Assembly: GCF_006345805.1 (NCBI RefSeq)
Contig: NC_043015.1
Span: forward strand, 14,074,001 to 14,138,000
Direction: 5' to 3'
DNA length: 64,000 nucleotides
DNA from: Octopus sinensis
Lineage: Eukaryota
Of this stretch, positions 1-11,123 are shown piece by piece; within the stretch, counting starts at the first letter, position 1, and each line of letters opens with the position of its first letter. The translations under genes were made by a program, and so were the position numbers. Below the pieces are notes generated by a model, which was not told the DNA's origin, ran no database searches, and was given only the letters and a program-made list of their open reading frames with translations.

Positions 1-54
1 AAAAAAAATGAACGCGAAATAACTGTACGAAATCAACGAACTATCATACGTACG

Positions 55-460
55 TTACTCTTTTACTCGTTTCAGTCATTTTATTGTGGCCATGCTGGAG
101 CACCACCTTTAGTCGAGCAAATCGACTCCAGGACTTATTCTTAGTAAGCCTAGTGCTTATTCTATCGGTCTCTTTTGCCGAACCGCTAAGTTACGGGGAC
201 GTAAACACACCAGCATCGGTTGTCAAGTGATGTTGGGGAGACAAACACAGACGCACAAACATATACACACACATACATATATATATACATATATGTAACG
301 GGCTTCTTTCAGTTTCCGTCTACCAAATCCATTCACAAGGCTTTGGTCGGCCCGAAGATATAGTAGAAGACACTTGCCCAAGGTGCCACGCAGTGGGACT
401 GAACCCGGAATCATGTGGCTCGTAAGCAAGCTACTTACCACACAGCCACTCCTACGCCTA
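55..460 (-). mobile_element. tRNA-derived SINE, family A (CORE-like central domain)
   Basis: Minus strand reads GGAGTGGCTGTGTGG (box A) ... GGTTCAGTCCC (box B) then CACCTTGGGCAAGTG resembling the CORE motif; internal CA/TA microsatellite; at least 8 other copies in the window. Confidence 0.85.
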
Positions 461-721
461 CGTTAACGAAATATGGCTACAAACTTGGTGAGTATTTAAA
501 ATAGGGTTTAGTAGGGCGTATTCAAAGTGCTGTTAGAACTGTTTCCTTCAATATGGAGTAACAAAAGTTAGCAGAACAGCTTATTAGAAATATAGTAATG
601 ATATCTTAGAATTACAATTTTGGATAATTATGACTGCCTGTCCTAAACACAGCCTCAAACCACCTGGAATACACCTCTTTTCTCCCTCCACTTTGAAGTG
701 AAGTCATAGGCTACCGGCCAC

Positions 722-784
722 TAGAGTCTGAAGAATCGGCGTAATGCTAAGTGCTTTATGGGCGTGAAACCCAGGGTAACCCCA
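722..784 (+). ncRNA. degenerate minimal type I hammerhead ribozyme (Penelope-like element end)
   Basis: CTGAAGA at 728-734, long imperfect stem II, GAAA at 766-769, near-palindromic ACCCAGGGT stem III, GTA cleavage triplet; stem I TAGAGT/ACCCCA has two mismatches. Confidence 0.45.
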
Positions 785-885
785 TAGACCGGCCATATTT
801 ATCTTTATCTATATACTCATTGCTCTATAATTTAGAGTATGCTTCTTTTTTCGGATTTATGATTTACTGACGATATATACGACAT

Positions 886-1205
886 TGTGGAGGCGCAATA
901 GCCCAGTGGTTAGGGCAGCGGACTCGCGGTCGGAAGATCACGATTTCGATTACTAGACTGGGCGTTGTGTGTGTTTATTGAGCGAAAGCACCTAAAAGCT
1001 CCACGAGGCTCCGGCAGTTGGTGGTGGCAACCCCTGTTGTACTCTTTCGCCCCAACTTACTATCACTCTTTCTTTCTGTTTCATGAGTAACGCTGCGATG
1101 GACTGGCGGTTCGTCCAGCTGGGAGGGAACACATACGCCACAGAAACCGGGGAACAGGGCCCATGAGTCTGGTTAGGTTGAAAAGGAAACATATATAAAT
1201 AAAAA
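886..1205 (+). mobile_element. tRNA(Arg)-like SINE, family C
   Basis: Head GGCGCAATAGCCCAGTGGTTAGGGCAGCGGACTCGCGG...TTCGATT; internal GCGATGGACTGGCG..TCGTCCAG motif; A-rich tail; 11 bp TSD ATATACGACAT at 875-885 and 1206-1216. Confidence 0.85.
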
Positions 1206-1463
1206 ATATACGACATCCACCGTGTATGCATGTATGAGCACCTAAGTTATTTCCTCTTATAGGATGTTACTAAAATACCCGCAAAATTTTAAGGAATGAA
1301 AGCATTTATGTCATTGACGAATGATATTGGTGCTTGAAATAATACATTTATGCAGGCTTACGATGAATCTCATACAGTCAACTGGCACCTACCTGAGTCA
1401 TTACTTTCGCGGACAAAACCGGACACCCTTCAAGCATTTGAAAGCACACACATGCACACACAC

Positions 1464-1496
<33 letters not shown>

Positions 1497-1624
1497 GATA
1501 AGAAACACAATGAAAACAATGATGTTACTGTTTGTAAATACGTTTCCTCATTCAACGAAATCTTTCTCAAACGTCTTTCATTGTTCAGACCACCTTAAAC
1601 GCCGCTCGTTCTAAAATATATGTT

Positions 1625-1625
1625 C

Positions 1626-1656
<31 letters not shown>

Positions 1657-1844
1657 TATATAGGTAAACAGTAAAAATAATTACAGACATGGCAAGAACA
1701 TAAACACACAGAGACGACACAAGAACCACAGGACGGGACATTCGAAGCCCTCAGTCATCAGTCAAGAACCAGATCATCTTAGCAATTTCGGCTGATTAAT
1801 CTTGATATATATATAATCTATATATATATATATATATATGATTA

Positions 1845-1922
<78 letters not shown>

Positions 1923-2168
1923 TATTAGAGACAAAACCACTATTTGCAAAACAACAAGGAAAGACTTAATCAAAAATTTTATAAATTCAAAGTGGCGGTT
2001 TTTTTGACTATTTATTAAAATTTATGTACTGATTAAGTCTTTCCTTGTTTGTTTTGCAAAATAGTGGTTTTTGTCTCTATAATATTTTATAATATTTTAC
2101 TATAAAATTGGATTTAATCCTAAATCTGATTTTTTCCCTGTAAATTTGGATTTATTCCTAATATTTAT

Positions 2169-2263
<95 letters not shown>

Positions 2264-2330
2264 ATATATATATTATATATATAATATATAATATATATTT
2301 ATATATATATATATATACGTACATATTTAT
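1625..2330. repeat. compound (TA)n field with short embedded repeat fragments
   Basis: (TA)n runs at about 1625-1661, 1805-1922 and 2170-2320 separated by 80-170 bp non-microsatellite pieces. Confidence 0.9.
1923..2084. repeat. short inverted repeat (fold-back) next to (TA)n
   Basis: About 50 bp arms 1923-1972 and 2030-2084, differing mainly by homopolymer-length indels. Confidence 0.85.
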
Positions 2331-2567
2331 TAGGTATACATGTATACGTAAATACATTATACATATGTATACACACACATGCGCCGCACCACACTCATAT
2401 ATTTGTATGTATGTATGTATGTATGTATGTATGTATGTATTATTGTATGTATGTATGTATTTTTTCTTCTCCACTTCTGAGAAACGTAGCGTAAACAGAA
2501 GACTCAACTTTGCAATGAGTCAAATCATATGCAATGAGTGAAGACATTTCTTCGAACGACTCATTAA

Positions 2568-3075
2568 CCTCTGTACAACGTTCCATCATTCGAGCGCATG
2601 AAGGGACACACGTCGTCAACGGGTTGGTGCCAGTGTCGCCTTAAAATATGGCTACACTGGGCAATTGCCCGGGGGCCTCATGGGTACAAGCGCCCAATTC
2701 TGATCTATGTATGCTGTGGCTTGCTGTCCATAAATAAATACTTTTGGGCCCAGTAAATTGAATTACCCGGTGGGTGGGGGATGCTCTATAATGGTGATAA
2801 GACGGTCATAATTGGTGCCCTAAGATGGTAATGTTTTCCGCCGACAAAGATTTAGTAAATAAAGTTTTTTTAAATATACGTTTCTTGAAATCTTGACTTT
2901 ATTACCTTTTCTTTCCAACCTGGACAGCAAGCCACAGCATACATAGATCAGAATTGGGCGCTCGTACCCATGAGGCCCCCGGGCAATTGCCTAGTGTAGC
3001 AAGGCGACTCTGGCACCAACCCGTTGACGACGTGTGTCCCTTCATGCGCTCGAATGATGGAACGTTGTACAGAGG
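2568..3075. mobile_element. piggyBac-like MITE with long TIRs
   Basis: TTAA at 2564-2567 and 3076-3079; ends CCTCTGTAC...GTACAGAGG; arms 2568-2730 and 2921-3075 near identical apart from an 8 bp indel; 190 bp spacer. Confidence 0.75.
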
Positions 3076-3094
3076 TTAATGATGCACCAAATAT

Positions 3095-3270
3095 TGATTT
3101 CAAATTTTGGTACAAGGCCATCAATTCCGGGAAGTGGGTAAGTCGATTATATCGACCCCAGTACTCAACTGGTACATATTTTATCGACCTCGAAAAGAAG
3201 AAAGGCAAAGTCAACCTCGGCGGAATTTAAACTCAGAACGTAAAGACGGACGGAATACCGCTAAGCATTT
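3095..3270 (-). mobile_element. tRNA-derived SINE, family B (5' truncated)
   Basis: Matches family consensus GAGGTCGACTTTGCCTTTCATCCTTTCGGGGTCGATAAAATAAGTACCAG on minus strand. Confidence 0.8.
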
Positions 3271-3865
3271 TATACGGCTCCAAATATATTGTTACATCGT
3301 CACGACTGCGATTTGTCTAAAGGAGTTTGTCTTATAAATACCGTGATGACTATTTTGTAAGATATGAGATTAAACTAGGGAAATTTTCAGAGCATTTTCT
3401 CTCAGGCTAAGGGATTCAATTTAGAAAATGACTGCTTTGTTCTTCTACGCATATGTAGAGTTCCAGAGCATATTACACAATCATCATTATTTCTGTGAAC
3501 ACCGAGTTATGGAGATTTTGGCATACCTTTTAATTGTACTTACAATACTGCACGGAAGAACTAACACAAGTATATAAGCAGCTTTAGTGGTTTTGCCTCT
3601 TGAACCAGAAGCATTTTTAGAAGTTTCAGGTTTATCTCCTATTTACAAACTCGTTAGCATAAACAGTTTGGACAGCTCATTTTACAACGGACTATGCGTT
3701 GCCAAACGTTACATTTTAGAAAATATTACTTCTAAGAAGTTATCAGCTATCTATTTTTAAGTTATCAAGATATCTGTTTTTCACTATATACATTTAAAGC
3801 TGTATTTCATTTTTGGATTTGGTTTGCAAGATTCTTTATATGAGTTCGTGTGTTGAAGCATATTC

Positions 3866-4013
3866 TGTTGTGTCTGGGGAGGGTCATTTTCTTTTTGTGC
3901 CTTATAATTTAATACACTCACCGGTAAAATTTCCACTTATTTCTTATTTTTATTTCCCTAAAATTTTCGTTGCGTCTTGCACAAAAATAAAATGGCTCTC
4001 CCCAGACACAACA
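3866..4013. repeat. 35 bp inverted repeat, MITE-like
   Basis: TGTTGTGTCTGGGGAGGGTCATTTTCTTTTTGTGC (3866-3900) vs reverse complement of 3979-4013, 3 mismatches; no TSD found. Confidence 0.7.
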
Positions 4014-4239
4014 TTTAAAACTGCTTTTCTAGATATTTACAAATTGTATTGCCATATACTTACACACTGTAGGTGTTCTATGGCACATCAACAAAAGAGC
4101 AATCTTATCATATTTGCATTCAAGGATAGCTGCTCAGGAAAACTAAGCATTGAAAAGGATTTGGGGAAATTTTGTTCTAAGTCAGAGATTACATATATTT
4201 TAACGCATTTTTGATAAATGAAATATTTTCGTTATTACT

Positions 4240-4452
4240 TTCTATCGTAGGCACAAAGCCTGAAATTTAGGGAGAAGAGAATAGTCGATTACATCGACTT
4301 CAGCGTTCAACTGGTACTTATTTCATCGACTCTGAAAGGACGAGAAACAAAATCGACCTCGGACGAATTTGAATCCAGAACAAAAAGACGGATGAACTGC
4401 CGCTAAGCATTTTGTCCGGCGTCCTAACGATTCTTCCAGCTCGCCGCCTTAC
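4240..4452 (-). mobile_element. SINE family B, full length
   Basis: Head AAGGCGGCGAGCTGG..GAATCGTTAG, GGATTCAAATTC box B, conserved central domain, tail GGCCTTGTGCC-like; CpGs retained. Confidence 0.85.
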
Positions 4453-4699
4453 CTTTGTTAGTTATTTATAATTCAATTGGTTTACAGTAATTTTTTAAAT
4501 TTCGTAAACTATCAATATCAGGCCAAACTTTAGAAGATGTCTTTGTAAATTTGGTTTGAATATAGACCAAAAAAAGATTAATATGAAATAATATTTTAGA
4601 ATTGGCTGAGTTTCGGAAGAAGAACACCACATAAATTACTGTAAATTTATATTTTATAAAAACGAGTAAGATTCTGTAAAAATACTACACACCCACGTT

Positions 4700-4780
4700 T
4701 AAATCCTAACCCCTAACCCCTAAACCCTAAATATATATCTCTAGCCTAACGGTAAACCCTGACCTTATACCCTAACAAGT
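4700..4780. repeat. degenerate telomere-like (CCCTAA)n tract
   Basis: TCCTAACCCCTAACCCCTAAACCCTAAA...GCCTAACGGTAAACCCTGACCTTATACCCTAAC. Confidence 0.5.
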
Positions 4781-5191
4781 TGCAACTCAGAAACTAAGGA
4801 AAGGAAGGGGACAAAAAATGAAATTTCACTTTATTTATTTATTTTTTTTTTTTTTGTGCAAAACATGTTTCTCAAAGAATTTTCCTAGAAAATTAAAAAT
4901 GTAAAAGTTATGGTCACTTGCGTACTCTGAAATGGCGGCGACCTGAGGGTAGGGTTTATATGGAGGAGGATGGAAAAGAGGGGGTGAGAAAGAAGAGAAG
5001 GGATATTAAAAATTAGAAATTTTGAAAAATTCACCTCTTTACCGAATCGTAAACGATGTTTAAAACGTATATTCGAAGAAATTTTCGAAAAAAAATCATT
5101 TACAGCAATATACCTTTTCCCAAACTCCTCTTTAAAATTAATGTAAATTAGATTGCTCACCCAAAATATTCTGAACACCCCCCACCCCACC

Positions 5192-5239
<48 letters not shown>

Positions 5240-5599
5240 TACACACAACACAAAAGCTTGACGACGAGTCTAGCACACACACACACATACACACGCACAA
5301 GCATCCCCTCACACAACGAATCTATAATTATGTCTGTCGGTATAGACAGGATATTTGATAATTATTCTCGCATTTACTGGAAAAAAAAGTAGTTTAAATA
5401 GGACAGTGACACCTTTATTTAAAGCTATTCAAGAAGGCATCGTAATATACCCGGATATGTAACTACTTCAGGTATATTTGTGAATACAGTTCTAAATATA
5501 TCTAAAACATGTATGACATATATCATTTATCATTAACTAATTATATATATGCATGCGTGGCGTGGTGTAGCGTGGCGTGCGTGGCATGGCGTGGCGAGG

Positions 5600-6001
5600 C
5601 ATGATGTGGAAGGGACTGTGTGATAAAAAGTTTGCTTCTCAACCACATGGTTCCGCGTTCAGTCCCATTGCGTGGAACCTAGTGCAAGTGTCTACAATCG
5701 CCTCGGTCAACCAATACCTCGTGAGTGGATTTGGTAGACGGAAACTGAAAGAAGCCTGTCGTATACATACATACGTGTATCTATTCTATGTAAGTATGTA
5801 TGTATGTATGTTCTCAGCACCCCCTTGGCAACGGGGTTAGTTTGTTTACGTCCCTGTACCATACCGGTTCGATAAAAGTGACTAACAGAATAAATACCAG
5901 GCTTTAAAAAATAAATGTTGGGATCGATATTCGCTCGACCAAAACATTTCAAGACCTTGCCCCAGCATGGCCGCAATCCAAAGACTGAAACAAGTAAAAG
6001 A
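5600..6001 (+). mobile_element. SINE family A
   Basis: CAACCACATGGTTCCGCGTTCAGTCCCATTGCGTGG, GGATTTGGTAGACGGAAACTGAAAGAAGCC, tail CCAGCATGGCCGCA...GACTGAAACAAGTAAAAGA. Confidence 0.85.
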
Positions 6002-6022
6002 TGGACAGATGCTCTGTATATA

Positions 6023-6810
6023 CAGGGTTTCCGGATAAATTTGACGATGTTTTTATGTTTCTTTTCTTCAGGAACAGCTTGATGTACTGGTGAATGATCA
6101 ACGGCGTTGGAGACCATAAAGATTAAAGTTGTAGTTGAGAAAAAGTTAGCTGACATGGAGGACTGGAAGCCATCAGAATATTAGAAAATGATGATTGCGG
6201 TAGGTATCAAAATGCCGACATCATGACTGCAGCTCAGTGTTCTGAGAATACTGTAAAAGCGTTAAGTCATGGCATGGACAGTTGCAACGGACATTACAAA
6301 GCCGTGGCCAGCGAGAAGAGCCACAGAAAACGTCCTGACGCAGAACGCCGAAGTTCATTCCCCATGTCTCCAAACAGGGCCTTAGATTAAATTCGGACGA
6401 CAAAGTGAAGCTGCTGAAGGGGCTCAACCTCTGGCTGGAGAGGATTGCTACTGGAAGGTCATATGTCTAACAGCAGGATTCGACGCCTTTCCCATATATA
6501 CGGAATGAGTCAGAAGTGGTTGTCGAAGAGTTTCTACAACTTCACTGGCTCCAATTTCTGGCCTCCTAATTCCTCCGATTCTAATTCCATAGATTTATGA
6601 TGTGTGGTGCAGTTGAGATACACAAAACCTTCCGCCTGCAAAAACAAAGGCCGAGCTAGTAGCCAAGATCAAGGAGATGTTCGATGATTTTCCCAAGGAC
6701 ACAGTGAGGAACGCACGCGCCAGGTTCTGGAGCCGTTTTGAAGACGTGGTAGAAACTGGGACGGCTACTACCACTGTTATCTCCCAGCCACTATCTAGTT
6801 ATGTTTTGAT
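6023..6810 (+). mobile_element. internally deleted Tc1/mariner transposon, maT (DD37D)-like
   Basis: TA + CAGGGTTTCCGG end; translated remnants YV*QQDSTP, SQKWLSKSF, FWPPNSSDSNSIDL (WPPNSPDLNPLD motif) and RFEDVVETGDGY; stops and frameshifts. Confidence 0.75.
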
Positions 6811-6823
6811 TTTTTTTTAAATA

Positions 6824-7170
6824 CGAGGTGGGCTGAAAAGTTCATAAACTGACTATAAAGGAGTGATGCTCGAGCTGTGAAATCTTGCACGCATTAATAT
6901 TAATACACTCCCTTCATATTAATAACTGCATTGTATATTTCCAAGTAAACTGACATCTCACTGTTCAAAGAAGACTTCAACTGTAACTAGTAGCGACTTA
7001 TCTTGAGAATGGACAAACTTTGGTATCGTTGTGTTATCAAGTACCTACAGAAAAAAAGGGCTTAAGCTCCCTCCAAGGACATTCATGCCGATATGGTTGC
7101 TACTTTAGGGAATGATGCTCCAACTTTATCATCAGTGCAAAAGAGAGAATTTTGATGATGACCCAAGTAA
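6824..7170 (+). mobile_element. mariner (DD34D) 5' fragment
   Basis: TA-CGAGGTGGGCTGAAAAGTT end; MDKLWYRCVIKYLQKKG..KDIHADMVATLGNDAPTLSSVQK matches mariner N-terminal HTH. Confidence 0.75.
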
Positions 7171-7367
7171 GGGCATATATGTTTTCATGAAAACATATAT
7201 ACAGACAGAGAAGTAAGTCTAAATATACATATGTATACAATTAAGTTCTTTTACTACAGCATTAGAGCAGTTTAGCTCTTATTTCTAGCAATGTAGGTGT
7301 TTCTAACATCCTAGTCGCATTTAGTGATAATTCTAGTTTTCCTTTTTGATAAAAATACGGCAAACTA

Positions 7368-7432
<65 letters not shown>

Positions 7433-7617
7433 ATATTATATATATATATATATATATAAAGAATATATATATATGTGTGTATATATATATATATATCTAT
7501 TGTTGTATTTAGGAATGGTCATTTTGCCAGTTTAGCCAATAAAAACACACGCACTATATATTTGGTGTTACTTTGCTTCAGCGTTATTCATTTTTTACAT
7601 TAATCTTAATCTTCTTT

Positions 7618-7663
7618 CGGCCAGAGTTCTTTCGTCACACTCCTGTGACCTCATCAGTGGTCG
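7618..7663 (-). ncRNA. minimal type I hammerhead ribozyme
   Basis: Minus strand CGACCA-CTGATGA-G-GTCAC-AGGAGT-GTGAC-GAAA-GAAC-TC/TGGCCG; 5 bp stem II, 5 of 6 bp stem I, very short stem III. Confidence 0.7.
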
Positions 7664-7974
7664 TTTGCTTTCTTCTTTCTTATTTGTGTGTCTCTCCTTA
7701 CTAACTGTCAACCATTTTGTATTTTGTATTCTTATTGTATGTGTCTTCATTTACGCATGCGTATACCTCTATGTGTGTCTATGTTTAGTTAGTGTGTATG
7801 GGGGGGGAAGTGTCTGTAATATTTGTATCTCCTGTTTATATACGTTCATGTAATTTGTTTTTTGTTTTTTGTTTTTGTTTATTTTTATTTTGTTCATATG
7901 TTTACACCTACTTATTATTTTTTTATTACCCTTTAATAAAAGGGTCTGCATCCCAAGACATACTAATGACCATA

Positions 7975-8513
7975 TGGAAGCACAGTTCACTATAGCTAGG
8001 ACCAAACTTAGACAGATTTTAGAACTATACACTAAAAGACAGAGACAGAAAAAGACAGAGGCCCAACAACTCGGGATTAAACCCGCATGTGGCCTACGTA
8101 AGCTCATTCAGCGCACGAGGAACGGAGAGGTGGTATGCCTTCCCACAGATAAGTCCGACAGGATGTCAATAGACAGCTTACCGAACTACATCCAGGCAAT
8201 GGAACCTCATATCGCCAATACGAAAGTAACAACTTTACAGGCGCATGAGGAGAGAGAAAAGGTCCTCAACGCCCACATGATGATGTGGACAATTGTTCTT
8301 GGACCCCAGAAACGCACAGCTAACAATTTCCAAGCCTGGAACAATGATATCCGGACACTGTATGGACTTCACAAGGACCGCAAAGTAACCACTGACCATG
8401 TAGCGGGACCACCAACAAGACCAGTCTGTCGAGCGAATATCGCTAGCAACTACAGGATCTCCTACTTCCTCTCAATGATCATACGCCCTCTCAATGATCA
8501 CACAGGAGTCTGA
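7975..8513 (+). pseudogene. Penelope-like reverse transcriptase N-terminal fragment
   Basis: ORF 7869-8513 contains VVCLPTDKS and LYGLHKDRK...PPTRPVC...YFLSMIIRPL, equivalent to the PLE P.LYGLPK.HK..P.RP motif; truncated before YADD. Confidence 0.8.
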
Positions 8514-8689
8514 CGAAAGAACTCTGGCCGAAATAAGATTAAGATTAATGTAAAAAATGAATAACGCTGAAGCAAAGTAACACCAAATATATAGTGCGTG
8601 TGTTTTTATTGGCTAAACTGGCAAAATGACCATTCTTAAATACAACAATGTCTGTTTCAACACACGATTTCACATCAAAAATTTTGCAA

Positions 8690-8739
<50 letters not shown>

Positions 8740-8761
8740 CATATATATATATACATACTTT

Positions 8762-8817
<56 letters not shown>

Positions 8818-9139
8818 CTGCTCGCTTAGCCAGCGGGGTGGTGTCATTTGAAGACTAGAGCAATGCAAAGCGCATTGTGACCAGTGATGTGTAGCAACAT
8901 CTGATAGTCTGGTCGGTCATGGTGATCATGGTAGTGATATATATAATATATGAATACGATTTATTCATTTATTACTCTTTTAATTCCTAAAACTATAAAG
9001 CACATCATATCTGTCAAACATTAAAAGAAGGGATATAAGCAATGCCTTCTAAGTTCCTATCATGCAATATTGGTAAAACACGCAGTATTCTGTGTTCTAA
9101 CACAGTATCCGTTTTATGTGGGGAAAAATATTACATTCT

Positions 9140-9189
9140 AAACAACAACAGCAACAACAACAGCAGCAGCAGCAGCAGCAACAACAACT

Positions 9190-9251
<62 letters not shown>

Positions 9252-9275
9252 AATAACAATAGTAATAAAAATAAT
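9140..9275. repeat. compound (AAC)n/(AGC)n/(AAT)n microsatellite
   Basis: Directly visible; produces poly-N and poly-V ORF artefacts. Confidence 0.95.
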
Positions 9276-9359
9276 AATTTTTTTAAATGCCCCGATGCAG
9301 TACCAGGCAATATCTCTCATGACTTCTGATCTTAACTGACTGGAATATATATATATATT

Positions 9360-10614
9360 GTTTTGTCTTGGCATAAAAGATGGGCTACAGCAAATATTCT
9401 GCTCAGCACCACAGATTTGCTTCTCAGCTGTTTGACCTTAACCAGCCGAGCATGTCCCTTTGCGGCTGACGATATATGCATCTCTGATCACGAGCAGAAG
9501 TAATGGGGGAACACCATAGCCATGTGTTAAGAGGAACATAGGTGTTCTGTTCAACATACTTAAACAACCCTTATTCAGGGACCTTATGAGGAGGATGGAC
9601 TACTCGACCTTTAAGAAAATTCTAACTGGGCCCCACCTGCAAGGTCATGCGCTGTTTACCTTGATATGAGATCACCATGTCGCACACATACGTAGTCTGA
9701 TCAATACGTATCCGGACTGTTACCATAGTAACGAAACTGAAGCATGTAGAGTGAAACCGCTTGGCACAGATTGACCTTGGACTTCTCTGTTGTACATTAG
9801 GCTTTAACGTTCTAACTCACTTCCACTGTTTACAGAGAAAATTGAGCAGAGAATCGGCATCAAATTTTGCCAAAAGCTTGGCGATACCTGTTAAGTAGCC
9901 TATGCAAAGTTTTCAAAAGATTCTCATTGTTTTCGATTCAATCAAGGACATCTTGTGCAACTGAAACCGGTGTGTCTTTTTGATCAGCTGAAAGCAGTTT
10001 TTGGCACAAACTTGGCAGACACGCGTCTCATACCCAAATTTTCAGTGATAATGGACTGAACTGAACCGTAACTAATCTGCACATCCTCTGATAACTCATG
10101 AATGATGGGATGATGATTCGACGATTTCTCCTCATAGCCACACGCACATCTACGGTGTTTTCTCAGTTCTGCTGGCTGCGGGCTTCTCAGAACGTTCGTC
10201 AATATCGACGTTTTTTCCGGCGATCTTGAAAACCTCTGAACCAACTCGTACACTTGTGTGCAGCTCATACACTCCTCTCCATACACTTTCTGCAACTTTG
10301 CGCAGGCCTCTGAGCAGGGATCGTCACGACAACTTTCTCTGTCATGGTCTCTGTGGCGATCACACGCTACACACCTTTCTTGGTGTGCACATGCACAACA
10401 GAGTGAAAGGTCAATCTGTGCTAAGCGGCTTTACTCTGCGGGTTTTAGCTTCGTTACTATGGCAACAATCCGGATACTTATTGATCATACCTTGTATGGT
10501 TGTGGTACATGTGCCTGGTGTGCTCTTATCAGACAAGTAGTCATGATGGGTGTACTGGGCTTCGTATATTTTACTCCAGTGTCACTTTGATGGCATGCAC
10601 TGCACTTTCACTCA

Positions 10615-10678
<64 letters not shown>
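9360..10678 (+). mobile_element. retroposon 3' segment with (TAA)n tail, split by a mariner insertion
   Basis: Sequence ending ...CACTCAG followed by (TAA)n 10616-10678; reads continuously CGCACACA-TA-TGGTTGTG when 9691-10496 is removed; family unassigned. Confidence 0.6.
9691..10494. mobile_element. non-autonomous mariner made of two inverted 5' ends
   Basis: TA at 9689-9690 and 10495-10496; 26 bp TIRs 21/26 identical; plus strand EKIEQRIGIKFCQKLGDTC; minus strand KVYGEECMS...LGMRRVSAKFVPK. Confidence 0.8.
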
Positions 10679-10680
<2 letters not shown>

Positions 10681-11036
10681 GCTTCAAATTTTGCAACAAG
10701 GGCAGCAATTTTGGGAAAGATATATGACACAGACGAGGTGAAATGACTGTGAAAGAAATATGTTCAACATAGCGCACCTGAATCTTATGGGAGAAGTTTC
10801 GAAAGTTCAACGATAGCACAAAAGCTTCGTTTGCGATAGTGACTATTTTAAATAGTAAGTTTGTTTAGAGGAAGAATCATTCAACAAAGATGCGTAGTTT
10901 GAACGACGTATGCTAGGTAATAAAGAAATAATGACCATTTTTATATTACTTTCACTACAGCCCTCGTGTTTGTATAAATATACGCGTATGTGTATGCGTC
11001 TGTGCGCATTGTGTGTGTCTGTGTGTGTGTGTGTGT

Positions 11037-11120
<84 letters not shown>

Positions 11121-11123
<3 letters not shown>

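Larger units (their letters stand above)
7499..8695 (+). mobile_element. Penelope-like element with inverted pseudo-LTR, between (TA)n tracts
   Basis: 149 bp inverted repeat 7499-7647 / 8501-8649 (3 mismatches) flanking a PLE RT N-terminal fragment; hammerhead in the repeat; (TA)n on both sides. Confidence 0.85.

Noticed and set aside
891-965. Possible tRNA-Arg gene
   Set aside because: T arm is degenerate and it continues into a SINE body with A-rich tail and TSD, so it is a SINE head.
1700-1805. Possible hammerhead on the minus strand (GAAA ... CTGATGA)
   Set aside because: Core motifs are in an order that needs a type II fold, and stem II does not pair; at most a partial PLE end.
2100-2507. 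Long ORFs rich in [12 protein letters not shown], poly-N or poly-L (also 7324, 8545, 9042, 10500, 10910, 31756, 37446, 52091, 63013 and others)
   Set aside because: Translations of (TA)n, (CA)n, (AAC)n and (AAT)n microsatellites, which lack stop codons in some frames.
3813-4214. 133 aa ORF as a host gene
   Set aside because: Non-ATG start, overlaps a fold-back repeat, no recognisable motif or splice support.
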